The translations under genes and the position numbers were made by a program. DNA of 57,314 bases, taken from positions 1 through 57,314 of IMG/VR virus record IMGVR_UViG_3300042884_000922. One strand, given 5' to 3'. Below, piece by piece: positions 17,367-27,359 of this stretch. Each line of letters opens with the position of its first letter. The first letter of the stretch is position 1. Under the pieces are notes generated by a model, which worked only from the letters and a program-made list of their open reading frames with translations, was not told where the DNA came from and made no database searches. This stretch comes from a virus (taxonomy: Duplodnaviria > Caudoviricetes).

Positions 17367-19268
17367 ATGGCAATTACACAAAGATCAATTAACGTTTCAG
17401 AGTTGGATTTTGATAGTATAAAATCTAACCTTATAACCTATTTTAAACGCGATGACTCGCCATTCAAAGATTGGAATTTTCAAGGCTCTGGCTTAAATAC
17501 AATTCTTGATGTCTTGGCGTATAATACTCATTATAATGCAATGTTGGCACATATGAGTATCAATGAAACATTTTTAGATACTGCTCAACTTAGATCAAGT
17601 GTTGTATCAAATGCAAAACTATTAGGCTATATACCAAATAGTTTTAATGCACCAAAGGCAGTTATTGCAATTTCATTTGCGCCTAAAGCAGATTCAGCAA
17701 TCAATAAATTTATTGTATTGCCTCGGGGCTCTAGATTTTCAAGTGTATTAAATGGAACAAACTATATTTTTAGTACAGTAGAGGCTCATCAACTCACCTA
17801 TGACGCTTCTATCAATCGATATACTGGCGCTGTGCCAGTATATGAAGGAGTTTTTCGCACGCAAAAATATCAAGTAAATGCTAATTTACAATATCCTGAA
17901 TATATACTTGATTCAATAAATGTAGATATATCTAAAATTTCGGTGCGAGTGTATGCAAATGGAGACTCATCAAACTATACTGTTTTTACAAAATTTGAAT
18001 CATTTGATATTATTAGTTCAGAAAATCCTCTATATTTTATACAAGAAAATACCCTAGGACGCTACGAAATTAGTTTTGGTGATGGCCGGTTTGGTAAAAG
18101 GCCAAATAATCTTAGTATTATAGAAGTTGAATATTTTGTTACAAATGGCTCGGCCGCGAATGGTTGTGTCCAATTTAATTATATTGGCGGTCTATTTGCA
18201 GAAGATACACAAGACGTTGTTATTAACACTCCAATTATATCTCTCTTTACTGATAATGAAGGAAAATCATATGGCGCTTCTGGCGGCACAGAAAAAGAAA
18301 CACTTGATAGTATACGCTTTAATGCGCCTCTCGCGTATGTTGCCCAAAATCGCGCAGTAACTATAAATGACTATGCATCAATTATTAAGAGCGAATTTCC
18401 AAAATCAGAATCAATATCTGTGTGGGGAGGAGAAAACCATATTCCTAAAAGTTATGGTAAAGTTTTTGTTTCAATCAAACCAAAGGATGGACTCTATCTT
18501 TCAGAAGAAGATAAAAACTTTATCTATTCATTTTTACGCCCAAGATCAGTGTTGACTATACAACCAGTTATAGTTGATCCATATTATGTTAAATTGTCTC
18601 TAGATGTGCTTATCAAATATAATAGAAACATTACAGATCTCAGCAAAACTGAACTTGAACAAAAGATAAAGTCATATATCATAGACTATAATGATACTAC
18701 GCTTGAGTCATTTGATAAAGTGTTTACCTATTCATCTCTTCTTTCAAATGTTATACGACAGGATCCATCAATAGTAAATGGTCATCTACGTGTATATCTT
18801 ACCCAAACATATAAAAATATACCAACTCAAAAGGAATCTTTTATAATTGATTTTGGTGCTCCGCTTGATGTAGATGACGGAAAAACAATAACATTTTCAA
18901 CTGGATATTATGATGCGACTATAGGTTATGATGTTTATATAGGAGATGTTGAAGATCCAAAAGATCCACAAAAAAGAATATTGTATAGCTATTATAGAAA
19001 GGCTGATGGCACATACATCAAGCGAAACCTAAATATTGGTTATATAGATTTGAAAACTGGAGTTGCATACATAAACACTCTTCCAACAAATGGACCAATT
19101 GATATTACTCTTGAAGTTATACCACAATCAAATGACATTGTTCCTGACCGAAATCAAATTATAATAATAGACACAAATCGTTTGTCTGTAATGGCAGATG
19201 TTGATGTCATTGCAACCGGCGGCATGGCAAATTCAAGCTACTATATACCATTTAAACGAGATCGATAA
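17367..19268 (+). CDS. gp6: Baseplate wedge subunit gp6
   Basis: ELDFDSIKSNL...GSGLNTILDVLAYNTHYNA...ETFLDTAQLRSSVVS.AKLLGY; FGDG..GK; QNRAVT..DY; WGGE. Confidence 0.93.
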   Translation: MAITQRSINVSELDFDSIKSNLITYFKRDDSPFKDWNFQGSGLNTILDVLAYNTHYNAMLAHMSINETFLDTAQLRSSVVSNAKLLGYIPNSFNAPKAVIAISFAPKADSAINKFIVLPRGSRFSSVLNGTNYIFSTVEAHQLTYDASINRYTGAVPVYEGVFRTQKYQVNANLQYPEYILDSINVDISKISVRVYANGDSSNYTVFTKFESFDIISSENPLYFIQENTLGRYEISFGDGRFGKRPNNLSIIEVEYFVTNGSAANGCVQFNYIGGLFAEDTQDVVINTPIISLFTDNEGKSYGASGGTEKETLDSIRFNAPLAYVAQNRAVTINDYASIIKSEFPKSESISVWGGENHIPKSYGKVFVSIKPKDGLYLSEEDKNFIYSFLRPRSVLTIQPVIVDPYYVKLSLDVLIKYNRNITDLSKTELEQKIKSYIIDYNDTTLESFDKVFTYSSLLSNVIRQDPSIVNGHLRVYLTQTYKNIPTQKESFIIDFGAPLDVDDGKTITFSTGYYDATIGYDVYIGDVEDPKDPQKRILYSYYRKADGTYIKRNLNIGYIDLKTGVAYINTLPTNGPIDITLEVIPQSNDIVPDRNQIIIIDTNRLSVMADVDVIATGGMANSSYYIPFKRDR

Positions 19269-19274
19269 ACATAT

Positions 19275-22200
19275 ATGATTTTAAGCGTTGCAAACAGTCG
19301 TCCACGTAATATGCAAAGTATACAGGTACAAGACCTGTTGCCAGAGCACATCTCTAATGATGCAAATATAGATTCGCTTACTAGGTTTTTAGAAGATTAC
19401 TATGACTATATGAACGCTGAAGGTCAACCTTCGCGTGAGATTGCATCATTAGCGCAAAATAAAGATATAGATGCTGCTACAGAAAAATATCTCGATGAAA
19501 TTGAATTATTGATTGCAAAATATACACCACGATCAAATCTTATAGATCGTGAAAGACTACTAAAAATAATAAATCACTATTATACCGTTCGTGGAACAGA
19601 AGAAGGAACAAAACTGTTTTTTAAACTTTTTTATGGAGAAGACATTAGTATAAACTATCCTAGAGAACGAATCCTTGCTGCGTCTGACGGTTCTGGAAAA
19701 TATGAAAATTTTTCACTAATTACAATTACTCTTGAAGACGGCACTACAATTAATGTCAAAAAATTTCTAAATATAGTTGACAACCCCGATCTCCGAGTCT
19801 ATGGTCAATATGAATATAACCCAGATCTTAGACTCTATGAAAATATTGGAAAGGTTGTTGAAAATGAATATAGTCGTCCTCAATTAGGTGATTCCATACG
19901 TGGATCAGAACTTAATAGTTATGTCGGTCATGTTGTCGCGATGAGTGCAGATGGCTCTACAATTGCTGTGGGAGATCGTAAATCACGGGTAAAGGTTTAT
20001 CGTTATAATAGTGCTGATTCGCTTTGGATTCAATTTGGAGCCACGCTCACGGGTCAAAGTGAAAGCGTTAATTCTATAACTTTAGTTGACTCGAGCGATA
20101 TAATAACGCTGTCTTCTCATGGTCTCAATAATGGCGATGAGGTTTCATTTACGAATATTGTTAGTACTATTGGACTACAAGAGGGAAGAGTCTATTATGT
20201 AGCAAATAAAACTGCAGACAACTTTAAAATTACAGACACACCGGGCGGAAAGGCACTGCCATTTTCTGGTAATGGATCAGCAAATCTTGTAGTCTATAAA
20301 AGATTTGGTCATGCACTTGCACTAAATGAGGACGGAACACAACTCTTAATTAGTGAACCTGGCTATAGTTCTGGTTCATATAGTGGTCGTGTGCTGCTCT
20401 ATCGTTATGACACCAAAACGTCTGCATGGGTTCTTGCAAAAATGGGCGATAGTCCCGAAAAATCTTCAACTGATGTTGTATATTATGGTCTAAACTCTCT
20501 TGGTGATAATGTTGCCGTATTTGGGCATGCCGTGGCATTTAATGAGGTGGGAGATTCAATTGCAATAAGTTCAACAGGTCATACAGCTGGAACACACCTT
20601 GACTATGTATCAACACTAAAATATAAAACTGACCCTCCAATATACAAAACAGTAACAATAAATGATACAACTGATGTTATTACATTGGCTTCTCATGGGT
20701 TTAAAACTGGTGATGCTATATCATTTGTGTCAATTACAGACGCAATTGGTGCACAAATTGACAAAAAATATTATGTCATAAACACTACGCCAGGTACATT
20801 CAAAATAGCTGAAAGACTCTATTCCGGCCAAATGGAAACTGCAACTGCTCAGGGCACAATTACTGTCTCTGGCAATGCTCGTGTAGTTTTAACTTCAAAC
20901 GCAATTGTTGGAGGAACAACTACATTAAACGTTCCAGTAGCAGCTATGGTTGAAAAGTCTGGAAGCATTTCTGGTACAGCAACTACCACAACTATTACTG
21001 GAATTTCATCAACGGCTGGATTAATTGCCGGCGGAAAATTAATCAAAACAGGTGGTGAAGCCGGATTAGGTGAAAATCCTGTAATTACCGCGGTTGCTGC
21101 CAATGAAATCACGTTTACTACGACGACCCCAAATTCGCCAGGCACTATTACATTTAACCAACTTGCAGACACTCCTAATGATTGGGCACAAAGGGTACGT
21201 AACGCTCTGGATCAAAATACTGAAATTTCATCAAAATTTGAGGTAGTTGTTGATCTTAATAAAATTACACTCATTCGTCATCCGGTCTCTAGGGGGATCT
21301 ACGCGGCTGTTGACACAACACTCAATATTTCAATCACAAATAATACGTGTGCAGGTATAGTCAATGCTCCAATATCATCCGATGTGTATGATGGCATCCC
21401 AGTTAATTTTACTGCGGCTGGATCTGCTGTTATACAAACCTATTATAGCAGTTGGCAATCCCATGGAATATTCCCACTTGACGAGTCCACTCTTCGTCAA
21501 GTTACATTTCGTCAGAGCGACGATAAAATAATTCTCGCAAATCATGGATTAGTAAATGGTAATAGTGTTGTCTTTAATATTGTAAGAGACACTGACGGAA
21601 TTGTTGCTAAACGTGAATATTTTGTAGTAAATACATCGCCAACTAATTTTCAGGTTGCATTAACTGCTGGCGGGGCTGCAATTCAATTTACACGAAACGG
21701 AACTGGAACTCTACTTCCACAGTCCAGCGGAATTGGAAAAAATATAAACATACTAAACGGAGAAAATTTTGGGTGGGCACTCTCTTATAATAGAAATGGT
21801 TCTCGTCTCGCAATAGGCATTCCAGGTGCTGGAAGCGGAAAGATTGGAAAATGCGGAAAGATTAATGTATATGACTATAATACCTCAAGCGAAAAATGGA
21901 TTTTACTTGAAAACAAGTCGCTCTATGGCACAACATCTCCCGGTGAAAAATACGGAACTTCAGTTTCACTTAGTGGTGATGGCAACACACTCATCGGCGG
22001 CGCACCATATCGAGCTGGTACCCGAACCTCTTCACAGATAAATGTTGGAGCAGTAATTTCATATAGTTGGAAGGGTCAATATTGGAAAAAGTATGGAAAG
22101 GTTCCACTCTACGGAAAATATGTAGAAGGACTCTATGGCTTTAAAGTCTCTTGTAATAGTGATGGCTCTCGTCTAGCCGTTTCTACACCTGGTCGTGAAA

Positions 22201-25200
22201 TAAAGTTTGGAGACGCAAACATAAACACATATAGTTATGTTCAACTCTATGAATTTGATAGACCTACAGATATGTGGATCGAGCAGTGGCAGTCCCTAGA
22301 AAACAAAACATACGACCTATATCTTGGGCATGCTCTTGCTATGGATACTACAGGTCAACGGCTCGTATGTGGTACGCCATATAACTTTGATCCAAAAAAG
22401 GCGCGCAGAAATGGTACAACCTTTACTGGGGCAGCTCCAGAAAACAACAAGCCGGCATATGTGAATGGCTCTCAAAATATAGCGTATACTGGCACACGAT
22501 GGAAATATACAAATAGCCAACCCCGTAATGTCATATTTACTAATACAACCGATATCATTACATTAAATTCTCATGGATTTGAAAATGGAAACGAAGTCGT
22601 TTTTAGTACAGTCGTTAATGGTATAAACGTCAATCAGGTATATTATGTCGTTGATAAAACCGCAGATAACTTTAAAATTTCTATAAGTGTTGGTGGAAAC
22701 GCATTAGTATTTAACGCCGATGGAAACGGTGTACTATCTAGATCTGCTCAATCTGCAAATCTTGGTGATGAAGACTTTCCATGGTTAGCAACGTGGCCAG
22801 CGTTGACAACAACTCCAATATTAGCATTTGAACGAGCTGGATCGGTTGATGTTTATAGTGTGGAAAAAGTAAATAATTCATTTGCATCTGATCGAACAAC
22901 ACGAATCTCTAAGTTTAGTGAAGAAATTAATGGTGTCAAACAAGAAAACTGGGCGATATATGACATCTTTTCCGAGGCGATTATTGACAACTATCGTTAT
23001 TCATATATAACTGAACCATCTGGCGGAATAAATTTTAACTATGAATATAGTACTTTAGACTATTTAAATATTGAAAATAGTTCTGGATATACAGCATCTA
23101 CAACAGAACCATTTGTCACGGTATATTATAAGGCAGCGCTTAAACCTGTCAATGGAATCTATAGACTAGGCACAGATAATAATATTGAAATTATTTGTCA
23201 AGGTCACAACTACAAACCAGGCTCTCAAGTAAATATAAACTTTACGAGTGGAGACCTGGTTGATTCAATCTTTACTGTTGACTTTGTCTATAGAACAAAT
23301 ACTGAAAATGATACTTTTATCGTAAAAAATACAAGTCAAAATATTAAAAACGTAACCTTTGAAGCTGCCAGCAGTATTGTTGCATTTACAGATCACGATT
23401 TGCCAACCGGAACAAAGGTTTCTTTTTCAACAATAAATGTAACCACAGGCATAACTCAAAATGTCGACTATTATACGATTCGTATAGATGAAAATTCATT
23501 TCAACTTTCAAGTACCCAATTTGGCCAACCAATAGATCTAGTTAATAATGGTTCTGGTGTTATGAATTTTAAAAGAATATTTGGTAACGGAACAGTTAGT
23601 TTAGACGCTGCTCCGCCAGCTCACCCGTATGAAGTGCATTCTTGGATTCCAGTTACAACTGAATCATTTGATTATGTCAATCCAATTGTTGTCTACGCGA
23701 TTCCTGACGATATTCGTTGGATAAAGGCTAATAATAAGGGAACACTTTCAGACTATTATAAAATACAAGATGGTGACTATTACCAGATACATAGTTATGA
23801 AATAAAAACACAATTACCGCCACAAGGTTGGATAGATGAGTTTAAAGGATTTTGTCATCCTTCTGGTTATGAGCTCTTTTCACTTTTGGAGGTCATTAAC
23901 TTTTCCAAAAATAACTGGGTTGATTTTATTGAATACAAATATGGAAATCGAGATCACATACCGCCACGTATTCGCGATCTCATTAGTAAAAAAGAGAAAA
24001 ACATAAAGTTGCCTACAGACCTTTACGAAATGTTGAGTACGTTTGGTGGACAACACACGCCGCGTTCACAGTATGGTCGCGGAATGGATAGAGATCTTAT
24101 TATCTTAATATTTGTTAAGATGTTGGATGATTTTGGCAAGACATACACCCAACGAAGAGATAATGGCGCTATTATGTTTATAAGAAACATGGTTCGTCGT
24201 CTAAATACATATCTCTCATTTCATCTTAGCACAAAATATGAACGTGGCACAAACTGGGAAGACGTAAAGTTTATGGGTGATGACCTTGATGGCCAGGATG
24301 ATGTGCTCTATAACAATGTAGGCAAAGTTGTCGTTTATTCATATAATTCATCTACGAAAAAATGGAGTCAACTTGGTGACTCTCCACTTGGTCAACGGGG
24401 CGATATTCGTCAACGTGGTTTAGACAATACACCAGTTAATAATGATAAAGGAATTTTCTCATTAGAGCAAGTGTTGCTTAACGAAGGAGATTCATTTGGT
24501 TATAGTGTAAGCTTTAATTCACTCGGAACACGATTTGCGGTTGGCGCACCATGGAATGATAATGATGCTGACAGCAATTTTTCAGATGACAATGATACTG
24601 ACAACGACTATCGAAATGATGGCGCAAACTTATCAGGTTTATTAAAAAATATTGGCGCAACATACATATATGACTATACATATGACAACGTTTCCCAATC
24701 TGTAAAATGGATGCCAGTTGGAAATCCTATAATAGGTGAAGCGGCTGGCGATCTTTCTGGTTGGAATATTATGTTAAATGATAGTGGCTCACGAGTTGTG
24801 ATTGGAGCACCAAACTCTGGATCAAATGATGCCGGACACGTTCGGGTTTACGAATATATTAGTGGCGTGTGGACGCAACTTGGCGCAGACATTGATGGTG
24901 TTGCAGCAAATGACCGAACCGGAACATGTGTAAGTATAAACTCAAGCGGTTCAAGAATTGCAGTTGGCACCCCATACAACAATGGCGAGGTTGGAAGCGT
25001 AAAAATATATGAGTATATCTCTGGTTCATGGACAACAATTGGTACAATTGCTGGACCAACGGCCAATGATCGTTTTGGTTGGAGTCTTTCATTAAATGAT
25101 GCTGGAGATAAAATTGTAATTGGAGCTCCACAAGCTGGTAGTAATTCTTCTGGACGAGCCTATGTCTATACATACACTGGATCGACCTGGACTGCACATG

Positions 25201-25823
25201 GCGGAGAAATTGTTCCAGATGTATTGTTTATTGCAGACTCTGGAGCAGCAACAGAAAATTTTGGTTGGGATATCTCTATAAACGGGACTGGAACCCGAGT
25301 TGCAGTTGCTTCCCCACAAACGGATTTTCTTTCTAGAAACAATCGGGGCTATATTATGGTGTACGAACTCGTCTCTGGTGTGTGGACTCTACTCGGTCAA
25401 ACAATAGAAGGAGAGCTTACAAACAGCAATGGAGGATTAAGCATATCGTTTAATACTAGTGGTTCGAGACTTGTAGTAGGTTCGCCAAACGCTGGCGGTG
25501 GACACACAAAAGTATATGAATATGACCCTATAACATATCGATGGGGACAAATTGGCAATGATCTTTGTGGTGATGCCTTCCCATATAAAAATGGTTGGAG
25601 TGTTGATATAAATTCTACAGGCGATCGTATTGTTGTCGGTGAAAGTGGCAGCAACAGTCGTACCGAAATTAGTGATGGACAAAGTCTAGGCAACGGTCTT
25701 TTAGATTTAAATCCTGAAAGCTATATGCTGCTATCAAAGGCTCCGAACTCGTCAAAAATATTAAATATACCAACACACATAACTCGTTATAAAACTACAA
25801 AACGTATAGCACTGTCTATATAA
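19275..25823 (+). CDS. gp7: Very large gp7-like baseplate wedge protein with FG-GAP beta-propeller repeats and repeated HG-x3-G modules
   Basis: Between gp6 and gp8; N-terminal FLEDYYDYM...YYTVRGTEEG.KLFFKLFYG and internal IQDGDYYQIHSYEIK...HPSG gp7 hallmarks; many FGxSVS...G.R.AVGAP...G.V.VY repeats. Confidence 0.75.
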   Translation: MILSVANSRPRNMQSIQVQDLLPEHISNDANIDSLTRFLEDYYDYMNAEGQPSREIASLAQNKDIDAATEKYLDEIELLIAKYTPRSNLIDRERLLKIINHYYTVRGTEEGTKLFFKLFYGEDISINYPRERILAASDGSGKYENFSLITITLEDGTTINVKKFLNIVDNPDLRVYGQYEYNPDLRLYENIGKVVENEYSRPQLGDSIRGSELNSYVGHVVAMSADGSTIAVGDRKSRVKVYRYNSADSLWIQFGATLTGQSESVNSITLVDSSDIITLSSHGLNNGDEVSFTNIVSTIGLQEGRVYYVANKTADNFKITDTPGGKALPFSGNGSANLVVYKRFGHALALNEDGTQLLISEPGYSSGSYSGRVLLYRYDTKTSAWVLAKMGDSPEKSSTDVVYYGLNSLGDNVAVFGHAVAFNEVGDSIAISSTGHTAGTHLDYVSTLKYKTDPPIYKTVTINDTTDVITLASHGFKTGDAISFVSITDAIGAQIDKKYYVINTTPGTFKIAERLYSGQMETATAQGTITVSGNARVVLTSNAIVGGTTTLNVPVAAMVEKSGSISGTATTTTITGISSTAGLIAGGKLIKTGGEAGLGENPVITAVAANEITFTTTTPNSPGTITFNQLADTPNDWAQRVRNALDQNTEISSKFEVVVDLNKITLIRHPVSRGIYAAVDTTLNISITNNTCAGIVNAPISSDVYDGIPVNFTAAGSAVIQTYYSSWQSHGIFPLDESTLRQVTFRQSDDKIILANHGLVNGNSVVFNIVRDTDGIVAKREYFVVNTSPTNFQVALTAGGAAIQFTRNGTGTLLPQSSGIGKNINILNGENFGWALSYNRNGSRLAIGIPGAGSGKIGKCGKINVYDYNTSSEKWILLENKSLYGTTSPGEKYGTSVSLSGDGNTLIGGAPYRAGTRTSSQINVGAVISYSWKGQYWKKYGKVPLYGKYVEGLYGFKVSCNSDGSRLAVSTPGREIKFGDANINTYSYVQLYEFDRPTDMWIEQWQSLENKTYDLYLGHALAMDTTGQRLVCGTPYNFDPKKARRNGTTFTGAAPENNKPAYVNGSQNIAYTGTRWKYTNSQPRNVIFTNTTDIITLNSHGFENGNEVVFSTVVNGINVNQVYYVVDKTADNFKISISVGGNALVFNADGNGVLSRSAQSANLGDEDFPWLATWPALTTTPILAFERAGSVDVYSVEKVNNSFASDRTTRISKFSEEINGVKQENWAIYDIFSEAIIDNYRYSYITEPSGGINFNYEYSTLDYLNIENSSGYTASTTEPFVTVYYKAALKPVNGIYRLGTDNNIEIICQGHNYKPGSQVNINFTSGDLVDSIFTVDFVYRTNTENDTFIVKNTSQNIKNVTFEAASSIVAFTDHDLPTGTKVSFSTINVTTGITQNVDYYTIRIDENSFQLSSTQFGQPIDLVNNGSGVMNFKRIFGNGTVSLDAAPPAHPYEVHSWIPVTTESFDYVNPIVVYAIPDDIRWIKANNKGTLSDYYKIQDGDYYQIHSYEIKTQLPPQGWIDEFKGFCHPSGYELFSLLEVINFSKNNWVDFIEYKYGNRDHIPPRIRDLISKKEKNIKLPTDLYEMLSTFGGQHTPRSQYGRGMDRDLIILIFVKMLDDFGKTYTQRRDNGAIMFIRNMVRRLNTYLSFHLSTKYERGTNWEDVKFMGDDLDGQDDVLYNNVGKVVVYSYNSSTKKWSQLGDSPLGQRGDIRQRGLDNTPVNNDKGIFSLEQVLLNEGDSFGYSVSFNSLGTRFAVGAPWNDNDADSNFSDDNDTDNDYRNDGANLSGLLKNIGATYIYDYTYDNVSQSVKWMPVGNPIIGEAAGDLSGWNIMLNDSGSRVVIGAPNSGSNDAGHVRVYEYISGVWTQLGADIDGVAANDRTGTCVSINSSGSRIAVGTPYNNGEVGSVKIYEYISGSWTTIGTIAGPTANDRFGWSLSLNDAGDKIVIGAPQAGSNSSGRAYVYTYTGSTWTAHGGEIVPDVLFIADSGAATENFGWDISINGTGTRVAVASPQTDFLSRNNRGYIMVYELVSGVWTLLGQTIEGELTNSNGGLSISFNTSGSRLVVGSPNAGGGHTKVYEYDPITYRWGQIGNDLCGDAFPYKNGWSVDINSTGDRIVVGESGSNSRTEISDGQSLGNGLLDLNPESYMLLSKAPNSSKILNIPTHITRYKTTKRIALSI

Positions 25824-25837
25824 TTAGAAAAAAACCA

Positions 25838-25845
25838 TATAAATA
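25838..25845 (+). promoter_or_regulatory. T4-type late promoter TATAAATA
   Basis: Exact motif 5 nt before the gp8 ATG. Confidence 0.78.
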
Positions 25846-25850
25846 ACAAC

Positions 25851-27350
25851 ATGGCTGCAATTATTACTGAAACATTTAGACGCAAAATGAGAGACCTCTT
25901 GGAAGAGGACATGATTGCCAATCCATATTATATTGGAATTGGTAGGTCAAATCCTTGGGAGCCAAATTCATCTGGAAATATTGAATCTTCAACAACATTT
26001 AATGTTCCAATTCCTAAAGGAACTCCAGCAGATGATCTTGAGACACTTAGCAATCTTACATCACTTATAAAAATCACAGAGGATAATATAAGTGCCGCAA
26101 TTCCAAAGATTGTATGGAAATCTGGAAACACATATAAGCCGTATACCCCGTATGACGAAAGTTGTTTTTATAGTGACCAAACTACCTTGTTTCCTTGCTA
26201 TGTTATAGTTGAAGAATTGACTACAAAGCCAATCTTTTTATGTTTAAGAAAAGGAACTGGGGCAAGTACGCAAAAACCAAGTATTGCAGCCTTTGGTTAT
26301 CAAGCGCTTAGTGACGGTTATGTTTGGGTCTATATACAAGACTATATTAATCTTGATAATACAATAAATAGCAATGCATTTGTTCAAATTCATAAGAAAA
26401 ATCTACTTCAACGAGGAGCTTTACAGTCAACTATAAATGCATGCAAAACAACTACTGGAGGAAAGATATATGGCTTTACTATAGTAAATTCTGGAAGTGG
26501 TTATTCAATTGACAATCCTCCGGATCTCTATATAAGTGTGACACGATCAACTGATACTGGTTCTACTCTCCCATCTTCATTAAATGGCAGTTTTAAACTT
26601 GTAGCCGATGTTAACGATGATACTATAAATGGTGTACCTGTACTTGGTATAATATCTGGTTGGACATTTGCATCTGGCCAAAATATAACCACTCTACTCG
26701 GCGACGTGAGTAATACAAATATAATTTCTGCAAGCATTGAGATTAGACCAAGGGATGGCACAGGCGGATCTGGCGCGTTGATTATTCCGCACATTTCACC
26801 ACTTAATGGCTTTGGTTATCATCCAAGTAAAGATTTGCCTGGTTGGTATATGGGGGTCTATTCAAAATTTGAAGATGATACAGACGACACATTTTATACA
26901 CCATATCGTCAAATTTCAATAGTTAGAAAGCCATCATGGGATGGAGAACTTGGAGCAAGTCCTCCAAATACGCTTCGTGCGCTTCGCTGGTTCTCTTTAG
27001 ATCTCGCTGTAACATCTCTTGACACAGATATTAGTGGGGAACCTATAAAAATACAGTATACCGGGGCAATAACAAATCCAATTATTGGATATGCAGACCT
27101 CGTCTATGATGATCTTACTCGTGATACAAAACGACTGTATTTTCATCAATGTTATTCAGGCGGGTTTGGCAATATACCAGCCACCGGAAGTATACTGGTT
27201 GGAGATAGACAAACTGCAATACCATATACCGCAGTAAATACCGGAGAATATATATCAAACACCGGTGAGATTGTATTTACGGAAAATCGTAAACCAATTG
27301 AACGTGCTCCGCAACAAGCTGAAGAACTTAAGATTATAATTCAACTATAA
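25851..27350 (+). CDS. gp8: Baseplate wedge subunit gp8
   Basis: MAAIITETFR...YIGIGRSNPW...DGYVWVY...YRQISIVRKP...GEIVFTENRKPIERAPQQAEELKIIIQL. Confidence 0.85.
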   Translation: MAAIITETFRRKMRDLLEEDMIANPYYIGIGRSNPWEPNSSGNIESSTTFNVPIPKGTPADDLETLSNLTSLIKITEDNISAAIPKIVWKSGNTYKPYTPYDESCFYSDQTTLFPCYVIVEELTTKPIFLCLRKGTGASTQKPSIAAFGYQALSDGYVWVYIQDYINLDNTINSNAFVQIHKKNLLQRGALQSTINACKTTTGGKIYGFTIVNSGSGYSIDNPPDLYISVTRSTDTGSTLPSSLNGSFKLVADVNDDTINGVPVLGIISGWTFASGQNITTLLGDVSNTNIISASIEIRPRDGTGGSGALIIPHISPLNGFGYHPSKDLPGWYMGVYSKFEDDTDDTFYTPYRQISIVRKPSWDGELGASPPNTLRALRWFSLDLAVTSLDTDISGEPIKIQYTGAITNPIIGYADLVYDDLTRDTKRLYFHQCYSGGFGNIPATGSILVGDRQTAIPYTAVNTGEYISNTGEIVFTENRKPIERAPQQAEELKIIIQL

Positions 27351-27359
27351 ATTAACATA

